Shown piece by piece: positions 39,603 through 52,185 of a stretch of 64,000 nt of DNA (positions are counted from its first letter, which is position 1; the number at the start of each line of letters is the position of its first letter). Origin of the DNA: Geosiphon pyriformis uo1. Its lineage: Eukaryota; Fungi; Glomeromycota. Made by a program: the position numbers and the translations under genes. The stretch spans positions 564,757-628,756 of the forward strand of contig JAAOMT010000134.1 in NCBI GenBank assembly GCA_016748015.1. Direction: 5' to 3'. The notes below the pieces were generated by a model. That model saw only the letters and a program-made list of their open reading frames with translations, was not told the origin of the DNA and did not search any database.

Positions 39603-42600
39603 ATGAACAAAAGTGGATCGATGTCAATTTTTAGGTATTTCACGGTATGTCTTATATCTTTCTTTTAATTATATTTTAACTCAAATTACAACATCTGAAG
39701 TTGTGGGGCTTGTGCCCGATCACTTCTTCTTCTTTCAGGGACAAACCGGAAAACCCTCAACTAGTGAGTCTTGGAATAACGGCTCAGAAAAATATTTTGG
39801 GCTAGAAAATGTAAGTTAGAGATTGCAACTTGAGAGCTACCAATAGTAATAGAAATTCAGGATAGAGGGAAGACCGCTGCTATCACTATGGCTCTATTAT
39901 CAGTCCTGGCTTTTTAAAAAATATAATCTAAATATTTGATACAGATGCAACTGCCGAAACAATCTAGACAAGCAATTTCTTTTGGGTCATTTAGAAGTCA
40001 AAAAAAAAGTCCTATGATTATTAATTACAATAAAATGCGGCATTTATTCATTTTTGTCAAAATCAATTTTTAACAAATTTTCCTGTTTGTCTCTCTTAGT
40101 TCGGAAATACCTGGTATTTATTAATGTTGAAAATTCTTATTTATATCTGTACCATCATGTCACCTCGTTAATCCGGCTTAATTCTCAATTTAGCTACTGC
40201 AACTCTATATTACAAGCACTTTATTTCTGTAAACCCTTCCGAGAGTGTGTTATTAATTTTCCTAATAGCCCAGCAACAATAGCGGCAAATTCACCTCTGT
40301 CACCAACTGTAACTTCACCTTCACCTTCAATTAATGGGCTTATGTTCAGAAAAGAAAACAATAGTACATTAGACATAAAAGGTGAAACGTTTTATGGATG
40401 CATATAAACTGATTCAGGCTTGCTAATTAATGAAAATTTCTAAATATTTAGTAAATGGAGATAATTCTTTAAACTCCGTCCCAGGAATGGAAGATACATT
40501 GTTTGGTGCTCTGAAGGATCTTTTTTGGAAAATCAGTATTCAAAAAAAGAAAACCGGTGTTGTCGCACCGGGACAATTTGTAACAAAATTAAAAGAGAAG
40601 AATGGTTTGTAATCTTTTGGATTTCTCATTTCTTTTTTATAAACTAGGCGCTAATTGTGTTTTAAATGAAATACAGAACTTTTTCGATCAACGATGCATC
40701 AAGATGCTCATGAGTTTCTAAATTATATTTTGAATGACATTGCTGAAAACGTGTTAGAACAGAAAAGGAGAATGGAAGAGGCTGAAATTCAACAGGCTGA
40801 ATTGAATGAAAAACAAAAGGATTCTTTCAATGGGGCCAATTCACAAGAGAGGGAAAAGAGATCTTCTAGTAACTTTTTTTACTTGATTTCAAATTTTTAT
40901 GACTTTTCAAGTTTCTCATACATTTATTCTCCTTAGCTGATAAAAATTCAGTAAAAACCTCTTCCACCTCCACTTCAAATTCCCCAAAAATGACATGGGT
41001 TCATCAACTTTTTCAGGGTTTCTATACCAATGAAACGAAATGTCTCACGTGCGAAACTGTGAGTTTTTGAAAAAACCACATTGTTTCTTGTTTATGAAAA
41101 ATCTCGAGAATTTTTCCAAAGATATTTTTAATTAAAATTTATTAATCACAGGTTACAAGTAAAGATGAGCCTTTCTTGGATTTATCTATTGATATTGAAC
41201 AAAATTCTTCTGTTACTTCATGTTTGCGGCAATTTTCAGCGAGTGAGATGTTGTGTCACAATAACAAATTTTTTTGTGATGTATGTTGCGGACTACAGGA
41301 GGCTGAAAAAAGGTCATTTCATCCTTTTAATTCTTCCCAGTTTAATGTTCTTTCAAAGTTATTAATTCTTGAGGCCATTTCTGCCAATAATATAATATAT
41401 AGGATCAGAATAAAGGAGTTGCCGAATGTTCTTGCACTACACCTGAAACGATTCAAATACGATAATTCATTGAAATATAATAAATTATCATATCGAGTTG
41501 TTTTTCCAACTGAGCTGCGGTTATTTAACACTGTACGAAATATCAGGCAACATAAATTTAAGATTCTTTTACCTTTAATCTCTGATCAATATCTAATGAT
41601 TTTTTATTTTTATCGCATAAAGTGCGATGAGATACAAGATCCTGATCGTTTATACGAACTCTTCGCCATTTGCGTCCATATTGGAAGGTCGGTTTTGAAA
41701 TCGGAATAGAGTTTTTTCCAAAATATTATTTCCTATAAATTTAGTAAATTACTTTTTACCAGTGGTCCTTATCATGGACATTACGTAACGTTGATCAAAA
41801 GCTTGGGGCAGTGGCTATTATTCGATGATGATAACGTTGAGGTATATTTTTATTCCATCTCTTTCTTTCTTTCTTTCTTTCCCCTGTGTGTTTTTAATTT
41901 CGCTTAAAAATTATTCAGCCTGTTGACGAGACAGAAATTCACAAATATTTCGGTGATCTACCTGGAAATGGTTCAGGCTATGTACTATTTTATCAGGCAA
42001 GTGATATTGATTTGAGCACACTTGGATTAGGAAACACTACATGGGCTCAAAGTGTTGCATCCAGCTCATCCTCAGGTGAGCACGAGCTATCGACAGAAGC
42101 CATTGAGATATCATCACGTGATTATATAACGCCTACAATTGTAAATGGCACGACGGAAAATGAGAGTATTAATTCATCGACTACGACGATTGTCACTTCA
42201 GAAGAACCACGGACAGAGCGCTTACCCAGCATAAGAGAAAATTCATCATCATTTGCTGAATGGCCAGCAGCATTGTTAAGTCGGCGGAAAAAAGAGCATA
42301 ATACTTCAGACAGACGCAAATCACATGGTGATCATGAACTTTCATCAAAGGATAAGGAGAATAAGGATAACAAGGATAACAAGGATAGCAAGGACAATGA
42401 AAGCAATAATGATAATAGTCTACAGATAGAAAAACCAATATCGGAAAAAGAAAAAACATCATGGTTTGGAAGTGGTCGATCTAAATCTTTATCACACAAA
42501 GATAAACATAAGGATAAGGATCGCGAAAAGGAAAAGGACAGGGACAAGGACAAGGAAAAGGAAAAAGAAAAAGAAAAGGACAAGGAAAAGGAAAAAGAAA

Positions 42601-42803
42601 AAGAAGAGAAAGAACATAAAAAGTCGGCATCCACACCATTAGAAACGATAATTCCGGAACCCACTGGCCTTAGCAATAGTAAGAGAGATAAAAAAGCGGA
42701 AAAAGAAGCAAAAAAATTAGAAAAGAAAAACAAGAATTTTGAAAAACATCCCAAATTAACTGTTAACACCAATGGGGTTCACGAAAAAGCAGTTTCAATG
42801 TAG
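39603..42803 (+). CDS. UBP9: Ubiquitin-specific protease of the USP12/USP46 (Ubp9/Ubp13, CreB) type with charged low-complexity C-terminus
   Basis: Cys box [32 protein letters not shown], His box GPYHGHY, WLLFDD; GT-AG exons join in frame. Confidence 0.92.
42500..42620 (+). repeat. AAGGAA/AAGGAC-type repeats encoding a (KE/KD)n tract
   Basis: Seen in ORF 42012-42803. Confidence 0.85.
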
Positions 42804-43630
42804 CGAGATCCCTGATGATAAAAATAAACTTCCGTTCGCTTTGGTCAATGAGTAGATGGGTGGGTAGATACAATCAAGATTTTCGGCTCTGTAACAAACA
42901 GTTTTAATCTCAGCTACGCTCAGCCGGGGTGCATTTCCTTTACTTTTTAATAATTTTTCCTTTAATTTCCTTTCCGATCTGGTGGTGCCTTGGACGTCAC
43001 CATACGCAGTTTTTATAATTTTCTCATTTCTTGCATCCACTGTATGATATTAAATTTTTTTATAGTTCTTTTCTGTCTCATTTCTCTCAATTACGGTTTA
43101 CCTTCTCATCAGTTTCCGATAATTTTTATTGTAAATTAGAGAGTTGTATCAGTTTGTTGAACGATTGATTTTAATTAATATTGCGTATATGCGTGTAATT
43201 TGGAGAGCAGAGTCTGGCGGGTAATACATATATTGACAATTTTATTGCTATACTGGCACCCTTAATACATTATACACTTTAGATTTGTTTCAAGCTGTAT
43301 GTTTCATTGATCTTTCAGCCGAAGTCTAGCGACCTTTTTTTTGGGCAGACCAAATATAATTTATAAATTTTGAATGGCAATCGATTCAATTCTGAGTAAA
43401 AACACTGATTAAAATAATATATTTAGAGGGAAATTAAAATTTGTTCAGGATACCACTACACAAAAGCTAACCAGATAATTTTATTTCTCATATCCCCTCT
43501 TGCTTCTGAAGATCGTCAGAGTCCTTGTTGAAACCTCCTATTTTTCAGCATACTCCCCTCATTTATATCAACATCAATTGAACATCTTTTCAACCGCCAG
43601 GTTACTTTGTTCAAGTTAATGAAAATGTTT

Positions 43631-44572
43631 TTATTCTATTTGATGTGCTGGAAACTCGAACACGACATCTTTTCCAGTCAGTTTCTTGTAGACCGAGGAG
43701 AAGGTGTCCAGTTTATATTCAAGGGACGTTGAATCCTTATTATCAAGGAACCTGAAATAAACCAGAGCACGTTTTAGGCGAAACCGAATAAATTGATCTT
43801 TTTTGAATATCTGAGGATAAAAAGGGTTCTCTTAAACAAAACATACACTTTCACGACCTTTGTCCCATCAGTCTTGACGCGAGTCCGTTGGCCCACAATC
43901 TCTGTTGGAAATACTAAATCCTCCAACAGTTTTTCGTGCACCGATGTGAGGGTACGAGATCGCGGACGTGGTTGCTTAACGCGGGACTTACGACCAGGCT
44001 TCCGCAAGATACGACGATATCCAATGAACACAATGTGTCTGTCCGAGAATTTTTTCTCAAGTTCCCGAGTGAGCCTTTGGTGGTAATGTTTATTTGGATA
44101 AATATTTGATTCATAGTTTAAATTTGAATTTTAAAAAAATTGGTTGATTTGATCCATCGAAATATATCAACTTTCGAAAAGCTTGTAATAAAAAATTGAA
44201 AACTTTGCATCCTTTCCACGATTTAAAAGAAATAAAAATATCTACCTTGGCTGGACCTTATGAAATTGTTTGATCAATGGAACAGGAACGAAAATAGCGA
44301 TAGCTTTCTTACCACCACCAAGTTCGATCTAACCCCAAATAACCACACATATGCAAAGTATGTTAATTAAATACAACTGAAACTGTAGGTAAAACAACCA
44401 TATATATCACAGGTACCTCTTTAGCATAGGTAAATTGCAGTGGCCTTAAGTCCTTCTTCAAATCGGGCACGTTAGTCTCCAAGTCGAATAGAGCTTGGGC
44501 GATCTGTAGCTCTGTCTCGTCAGCGGGCGGAAACCCGGCTGGTTTCGCTATTTTGTTATTCGAAGTGGCCAT
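43631..44572 (-). CDS. RPS7: 40S ribosomal protein eS7, 4 exons
   Basis: [65 protein letters not shown]; stop 43631-43633. Confidence 0.97.
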
Positions 44573-45354
44573 ATTGGTCTATTAAGGGTTCTAGATGTTT
44601 CAAGTTTAAATTGTTAGGACTTGGTTAAAAAATGCATCTTTGAAATATGACTCAATTTTATTTGATTCATCCATGAACCGTTTGTCGCCCGCTTAATCAT
44701 AAAAATTTAGCGGGATTGAAAAAGAGCTCCTAAAAGAAGACATAAAGATGTTTACATTGGATCTTTACCAAAAATCTAAAGGCCTTGTTTGAAAAAGAGC
44801 AAGAGCGAAAGAACAGAAAAACTCGTAGATTTGATCAACGATGCGAAAAAAATTTGGAAATCTTGGAGCCAACCAGTGGCCAGAAAATATGGCACAAGAA
44901 TTAGCACGTGCCATATTAATTATGGGCTTGACTTGATTTTAAATATTATGAGCAGTTTCAACTTTCATTTATCATCTTTCAAATATTTTATATTCTTGCG
45001 AATCTAGCCAAGCTGTGATTCGGATTATTATTCTAGTAAATTTGTAATTTTCTTTTGATGGGACTGAGGAAAGAAACGCATATAAACCTCCAATAGAGTC
45101 TTTACTTTAAAATAGGAATAAATAAAACGACCTTAAAACAATGCGGAGAAAATGGTGATAAATAAAGCAGCAAACATTTCGTTTTAAGTGACATCTAGTT
45201 CAATACTTTGCCCGACAAAAATGTCAGTACGTGATCTTATGACTATATTATCCTGAAAGACTTTCTTGGTAATTTCCAAAATCAATCATGATAAATAGAT
45301 GGCATGCTGTAAAAGCAATAAGGGAGAATAAACAAGGGATCGGATCGGATCAGA

Positions 45355-46681
45355 TCAGATATTACCATTCAACAAGTGTTCAACAGCAGCCGGGACATTT
45401 CCACCAGAAAGTAATAGTGCTCGAATGTTTTGTTGAGCATCCCAAAATCCCATTTCATTCAGTTGTTGAAGTTGCAATTGAAAACGCTCTTCTGGGGGTT
45501 GTGTTGGGGGAGCAGGAGTTTGTGGAACAGCACCAGGATATCCACCAGTCATTCCCCAAAGCAATTGATCTAGTAAAGGATTTGAACCAGCGGGAGGTGT
45601 TGGGGTGTTGGTTCCCGCAGTAGCAGCATTTGGATTAAGAAGACCAAGGAATGGATTAATAGGAGGAATGGCCCCAGTTCCTGTTGTGGTAGGTGTAGTG
45701 GTGGTGGTGGAATTGGGTGTACTAGTTGTTGTTGTTGTTGTTGTTTGAATAGGATTTGTTGTTGGGGCAGATGATTCATTAATTCCAGTGTTGTTTGCTG
45801 TCGGTGTTGTTGTAGGATTTATTCCACCTCCACCAAGAGGCCCAAAACCGGTGGAACCTAACGCCGGCCATGAGGCTGACAGGTTTTGCATTTGTCTGAT
45901 ATTCTCAGGATTGGTTAGCATAGCCACAAATTCCGGATTCTGCATATATTGCCTTATTTGAGGCGCCATAGCAGACAATTGTGGGTTAAGGGCAATCATA
46001 CTTTCCAGAAATTGTGGATCACGTAACATTTGATTCATAGATTGCAACATTAATGGGTTCTGAAGAAAAGCCTCCATTGGATTTTGCCCACCTGCAGCCC
46101 CACCTGTACCTCCTCCGTATGTAGTCGCACCATAAAAACCACCGGCAGCAGGAATACCTAACCCTGGCAATCCGCCGAATGTAGCTCCGGGAGCAAATGG
46201 GTTAACTGGGGGCGGTTGAGCAGTCGTTTGACCAGTTAATGGGGTAGTTGAAGAGCGCGTTTGTGCACCTCCTGTCGCCTGGGCAGAATTGGCTTTAATA
46301 TTCGCCAGAGATTTTTAATATTCGTTAATGGTTTATTGCCAATCAAAAATATTTTAACCGAAGGAAGAAACATGATCAGCAGGAATTTAAGAAAGCAATA
46401 TAATGAAACTTGTATTTTTTTACTCTCTCTCCAATGTACCCACCACCAGGCGAGGCACCTTTGACCATATGTACAGTATGTCCTTCGGATATTTTATAAG
46501 TTTCCAAAGTATCATTATCTTTCAAAACTCGGCCAGAATAAATTAGCCTTTGTCGTTCTACAGGCGTATTGCTCTTTTCCGCGATCGCTTGTTTAAACTC
46601 CAACACCGTTTTGGTGCTATCGATTGAAACCGTATATTTGGTATCATTGGAACATTTAACGGTGAGCTTGATTTCTGGCAT
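45355..46681 (-). CDS. DSK2: Ubiquilin / Dsk2 (UBL-STI1-UBA), 2 exons (intron 46293-46443)
   Basis: UBL QRLIYSGRVLKD...HMVK; STI1 NP-M repeats; UBA PEERFQLQLQQLNEMGF...AAVEHLL. Confidence 0.95.
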
Positions 46682-47026
46682 TATCTTAAAAAAAAATTGA
46701 AAAACCAAAAAGCGGAATGGCTCTGCCTTCAGTTTTATAAACTTCTGTTCAAATTTGGTACAAACGTCAATTTTTGATGACGCATGATTCTCATGAGAGA
46801 AATCCTAGAGAAACATCTGGTAAATTCCAGTTAGCAAAATTGATCACTATACTGATCGCCTAAAATATTAAACTAGTGTTTGATCTTAAAATATAGTAGA
46901 ATTTAATTTCCAAAATACATATAGAAGAAATTTGAAAGCCCTAAACTAGCAAAAAATCACGACATTCAGAAAGAAAGCAACCCAAAATTGCCTTTAATTT
47001 GTTGCCTTAAAATTCGTAGAGCACAT

Positions 47027-48188
47027 TCAGAGTTTGCTAGCAAGCCATTCCTTCCATTGATCAAAGGTCCAGCTGGAACTGATACTGTTATCAATAAGAC
47101 CATCCCATAAAACCGTAGGGGAAACGTGGATACCTTGTTGACGGCCCAACTTGATTTGTAGCTTCAAATCATTGGTAACCTTGTTGCCAGCATTACGTGC
47201 GTTAGAATGATCATCTGTTGGGGTAATGTGTAATCGGTCAAGGAAATCTCTTGAAGGAATTCCAACGGACTCGGCAAGTTTTGCCAATCTTTCATTAATT
47301 TGTGAACGCGTGAGATTCTGAACTGATTCGTCATAGTAGCTGCCATAGCGTAGAATCAAAACCGCGGGTTATAATGAAAGTATAATTAATTTAACAGCAA
47401 TTTCCTTTGAATTATTCAAAGACATACTCTTTTTGAGCAGCAAACAACTGGTCGGAGAATTCGAAAAATTTCGATTTATCAACATTCTCAACCGCCAATG
47501 CAGCCTAATTTAAGGAAAATTGTTGGTCATTTCAAAATTCCCGTAACTTAAATCTAGGAACTCTTGAAAAGTTCGAATTTACCTCGTGAACAATTGTAGA
47601 TGATGGATGCCATGCCTGAACTTGTTGTCTGAAAATGAATTGAATTTGATTCGGATATTGCTCTTGGACATAGGGAAGAACTTCCTATTAAGGACAATAG
47701 ACACCAAAAATGTAAACCAGAAATAATATCCAATTTTCAGAGTTTGTTTTATGGTTGGCTCATATTACATTGCGAAGTCTTTGGTATAGCTTCGCCGAGA
47801 AGGGGCACTAAACCGAATTAGAAGGGGGAATTTACTTGATAAAATGAGGTAATTTGAGAAATTTGCCAACTCGTTTCTAGGTTTACAAACCACATAGTCT
47901 AGGTACGCTTCCAAATAATGCACAGCCAGAGATGAACCATAGCGGTGACCTATGAAGCGTCAAAAAAAGACTCGTTATATCATACAAGGTGATAAATTAT
48001 TAAAAAGTCTTCATTGGGAAAGCCTTGCAGTTTGAACAAGGCTACAGAGTTTCGTCCTTCACTATTACAACCCAACAGGTAGTTTGTAGTCTCCAAAAAT
48101 TGATATTAAAGGCCCGTAGAGCAATGCTGAGAAAATTGAGCAAGAAACATAGGGGTTCTTTACCAGAGTATAAAGGTGAAAGTGCCAT
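47027..48188 (-). CDS. Thioredoxin/DsbA-like fold protein with CPFS motif, 6 exons
   Basis: Exons read MALSPLYSG/HRYGS...LEAYLDYV/CPFSAKLY.../FRQQVQAWHPSS.../AALAVE...FSDQLF/...GIHVSPTVLWDG. Confidence 0.85.
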
Positions 48189-48452
48189 TGCTCAAATTTA
48201 CGGATCTTACCCGATCTTTCTCGCCAATTATTTTTTAAAATCATCTAAGAAAAAGAGATCCGCATTGATAATTGGTTGACTATGAAAGTATAAATTATAT
48301 TTCATTGGGTTTGTCCAACATAACATATTTGAAACTAAGACTCAGTATGAACCATTTTCCAGCGTTCCTGTATAGAATTATTGAGTTAAAATCATGGTTA
48401 GATTGCATACATAAATAATTCAGATTTTAAAGGCATGATGATATGCTCATAT

Positions 48453-49754
48453 TCATGTCGAAAATAATACGAAAATATCTGTAAAATGTTCAATTTCTTT
48501 GGTATAGCCTGAGATGATATCTGATATTTTTAGACCACCAACTCTTTGCAATCCAGGACTGAGAGAGACAAATTCGAGTTGGAAATCAATAATTCCATCG
48601 GGTGCTAATTCCCCTAATGGCTTGGTGGAGGGGCCACTTAATAGCACAGAACCCATTTTACTTTTTACGGCCGTTACCACCACTTTCAATACACAGGTTG
48701 TGCGATTTCTGATACGACATCCAAGGGTGAACGGTTTTTCTAACACGATCAAGGGAGGTATTTTCGTGACAGACAACTCAATTTCTTCCAAAATTGGCGG
48801 TTTTCGTGTTAATTGACTTGTCTGTAATCTTCCGGTTTCACCTGAATTTGAACGCCATACAATGTCCAGCTTTCCAAGTGCATTTGTGGTTCTTGCTAAA
48901 CGATCTTCTATCCCTGGTTTCGGAATTAACATATATAAATATTGTCTTACATCTTGGGGATTTAAATAATTTTGAATTCCAAAGACACTCTCAAACTCTT
49001 CCTCCTGTGTTTCTGGTATTTCCTGGGCGTTTTCCGAGTTAAGCAGTATCTCTTTTTCCATAATACCATCACTCTTTATCCCTGAACTATCGCTGACTTT
49101 TGACCTAACTTCGACACCATATTCATCAACCACAAAATTAAGGTCTTTAAAACCAAATATTTCACCTGATTCAAATTTCATTCGTTCCAAGTACATTTCT
49201 CTATCGGCTACATTTTGAACTTGAACCTCCAAAAAAACTTTCCCATCAGCCATATTATTTACTTTTGTCTTGACAGCCAATGGGTTCATCACTTGAAACC
49301 TATATAGTTTTCGAATATTTCTTTTCTCTCCATCATTGTTAAAATAAATAGCTGAACACAGAAGGACATGTACACCCAGTTCTTTAATTTCGTGCTGCAA
49401 GTGATGTTCTGTTGTTTTACTCGGCTCAAGCTTAATCAACGGTTCACTAATTGTATCTAATAGAGGGAAGCGTTGAGTGTTGGTCTGTATCTCAGCTTTT
49501 ATTCCAATTTCGCGAGCTGTTTGAACTGACTCGTTTGAAATTTTAACTAAACTACTAAAAGTTTCACCAAGGTACACATTTCCGAAAGAGATTGGTGTAT
49601 TTGATGATTCATTAGCCGCTAATTCTGCTTGGACTGCTTCTGCAGTTGCAATAATATTTGTTTCAATGCTTGAATTTTTTATACCAGTAATTAAAAGGTT
49701 TGGGAGTCTAATAACTTTCAGGGATAAAAGTTGCTTCTCTCGTGTTTGCTCCAT
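48453..49754 (-). CDS. TRAPPC13: Trafficking protein particle complex subunit 13 (DUF974 family), intronless
   Basis: SFGNVYLGETF, HEIKELGVHVL, FLEVQVQN, LGKLDIVWRS...GRLQT. Confidence 0.92.
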   Translation of the reverse strand: MEQTREKQLLSLKVIRLPNLLITGIKNSSIETNIIATAEAVQAELAANESSNTPISFGNVYLGETFSSLVKISNESVQTAREIGIKAEIQTNTQRFPLLDTISEPLIKLEPSKTTEHHLQHEIKELGVHVLLCSAIYFNNDGEKRNIRKLYRFQVMNPLAVKTKVNNMADGKVFLEVQVQNVADREMYLERMKFESGEIFGFKDLNFVVDEYGVEVRSKVSDSSGIKSDGIMEKEILLNSENAQEIPETQEEEFESVFGIQNYLNPQDVRQYLYMLIPKPGIEDRLARTTNALGKLDIVWRSNSGETGRLQTSQLTRKPPILEEIELSVTKIPPLIVLEKPFTLGCRIRNRTTCVLKVVVTAVKSKMGSVLLSGPSTKPLGELAPDGIIDFQLEFVSLSPGLQRVGGLKISDIISGYTKEIEHFTDIFVLFST

Positions 49755-49885
49755 AATATGCTTTTTTAACGAGGTGATTGAAAAAAGTAAATTAAGAAAA
49801 TTTAGGTGCAGAATGTAGATCTCCGATCATGTGAAAGCTGGTTAAATAAAGTTTTTTGGTGCTTTTCACCTCGATCTCGTAAACT
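49755..49885. promoter_or_regulatory. 131-bp head-to-head (bidirectional) promoter region between TRAPPC13 and the ankyrin gene
   Basis: Divergent ATGs at 49754 (-) and 49886 (+); GATCATGTGA at 49825. Confidence 0.65.
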
Positions 49886-51272
49886 ATGTCTGACAACGAG
49901 GGTGCCTCAAATAGTAAGTTCACCATTGAAAATTTAGTCATAGCGCAAAGAATATCGCGACCCACGTTTATGAACAGCAATTATTGAGATACAAAAATTA
50001 GCAAAGTTGTTTCTATTTCTCGGTTTCCTTATTGATAAAGGCACCTCCTTGCAACTTGCTTAACTGGCCCGTTTCTTAGTGAGCAAGAAATAAAGAGGTC
50101 TCACTGTACACTCAAACCTCTCCTTATTTTGTATCAAAGACGAACTTCTCTTGGTGGCCGCGAAACAAGATTCTGAAGACATACTAGAAGATATTTTCTC
50201 GCAACCAGACACTTATAACATTAACCACGTGGATAGTATAGGCAATGCTGCGTTGCATTACGCGTAAGTTACTATTTAGTTGTTTATTATTTTTCCGGTT
50301 TTGCATATATAATTGATCTATCAAAATACCGAAACCTTGTGCCGTCATCGATCATGATCGACTTTTATGGAAATTGGTCATGAATTCTATTATCTCGATT
50401 GAATAAAGGGCTCAATTCGGTTCATTAACAGCCATTCAGCTGCTTCTACAACAGCCCAACATTAAGCTTGACTTACAGAATCGTCTTGAACGGGATACTC
50501 CTTTACATAAGGCAGTTCAGTACTTGGACGATCCTTCAGTCGCTTTGGAGATAGGTAAATATTTGTTTTTTTAAAGCAAATTGGGAAATTCTTTCTAAAT
50601 CTTTAAATTGTGAAAGTACCAGTTTTTGTAACGATCAAAAGTTAAAATCCTGGGCCCTTTTCAAGTTTCCACAAGAGATAGTTTTGACGCTCACAGATGT
50701 TCTTAAAAGAAGAATGAGACTTGCAATAAAAGTATACCTGGGCACTCTTTGAAATTCGTGCTCTTCCTATACACATTGGGTTCATAGTGTTATCTTTCTC
50801 ATGTACTTCTCGTTTGTCAATTGTATTTCCAAATGGCAAGAAAAGATGAATAAAACCATTTTCATTTCATAAATTAATGACATCTTTTATTTATTTACAC
50901 GGCAGTAAAGTTATTGATCGATGCGGGGGCTGACCCAACGTAGGTGTCTGAAATACTTTTTCTTTGTTTCTTGCATCCCTTACCCAAAATATTAGTGAAA
51001 AACTTTTCCTCCGCTAAATAGAATACAAAATAAAAATCGACAAAGGCCAGAGAATTTAGTTCATCCGGGCAACCAGGAACTGAAAAAATTGCTACAACAG
51101 GCCTCGATGGCACTTCAAGTGGTAAATGGATCGATCTCCCTATTAATTGCTTATTAGACCTTTCTTTCAATCTTTTTAGTTTAATCCTGATTCACATAAA
51201 CTATAGGATGCCGGTGATATTGCAGTAGACGACTCTGAGGAGGATGGCGGCACAGCTAGTGATTCGGATTAA
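49886..51272 (+). CDS. Small ankyrin-repeat protein (YCR051W-like), 6 exons; absent from the ORF track
   Basis: Spliced: MSDNEGASN/NELLLVAAKQD...GNAALHYA/AQFGS...DTPLHKAV.../VKLLIDAGADPT/IQNKNRQRP.../acidic tail, TAA 51270-51272. Confidence 0.9.
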
Positions 51273-51806
51273 GGACATTGAGGATGATGACGATGATTGT
51301 ACGTTATTAAAAATTAGGTGGGTTTGGAATCTGATTATTCGCTGCACATAGACTCTTATTTTGAATAGTTTATTCGAAATTTTTGATTTAATTTCTGATA
51401 AACCTCTTTGAAAGAATTTCAATCCTGGGGATTAACACATAATTCCAATCTGGCGATCATTTTCCTACAATAGGCATATTTGCACTTTATTTTTTTAAAG
51501 CAAACTTGATAAGAAGTTTACAATCTTTTCAATTACACAATATTGAGATGAAACATTGACATTGAAAATTTAGGATCAAGTTTTATTAATACTTTGAGAT
51601 CAAATGAATATGATTTTACCCAATACAATAATTTTTATTTGTACATTGTTGTGTAATTTTATCAAAACAAAGCTTGCAAAGTTATTAAAAATATTTTCTA
51701 ATAAAATTGATAATTAAAATGTTGAAAAAAATAAAAAAGTTCATAATATATTAATTTGAATTTTAAGTTTAATATATAATTTAGAAAAAAACTATTTATT
51801 TAAAAA

Positions 51807-51842
<36 letters not shown>

Positions 51843-52037
51843 TATAAATTGATTTTTGTTTATCTTTTGCTAAAATCTATACAAAATTATTATATCATGT
51901 AAGCAAAAAGTTAGGTTATCACAATCTTAAAATAATTGATAATTGTAGTCTTTAATAATTCTTGTTATTGCAAAATATAATTGAAATTGATTCGTGGTTT
52001 TTTAATATATTTAAATTTAATATTTGTTGTTTTAATT

Positions 52038-52185
52038 TTAAATATATGGGCGAATTCTGACCTCAATTTTGTTGATTGTATCTTTTAGCACTGGTAAGAT
52101 ATCTGATCATTCTTGCCTAGTTATTTCTCGTAAGTTTCCAGCATGACGTTTTGTACACACTGCTTAATGAGCTTTAGTTTGTGAT
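52038..52185 (-). pseudogene. Truncated HIT-hydrolase-like segment continuing ORF B after a frameshift; TGA=Trp
   Basis: SQTKAH*AVCTKRHAGNLREITRQE(TGA)SDILPVLKDTINKIE resembles the HIT pattern PxxxGHxLVxPKRH...LxxEEWxxL; ends before the HxHxH motif. Confidence 0.6.

Noticed and set aside
42332-42772. 146-aa SF/SL-repeat ORF on the minus strand
   Set aside because: Antisense of the USP KE/KD tract
43500-43600. C/D snoRNA downstream of RPS7
   Set aside because: No good box C; the rRNA-like GGGGAGTATG is sense, not antisense
48048-48066. GTGAAGGACGAAAC (minus) as a hammerhead ribozyme core
   Set aside because: No CTGANGA upstream and no stem II
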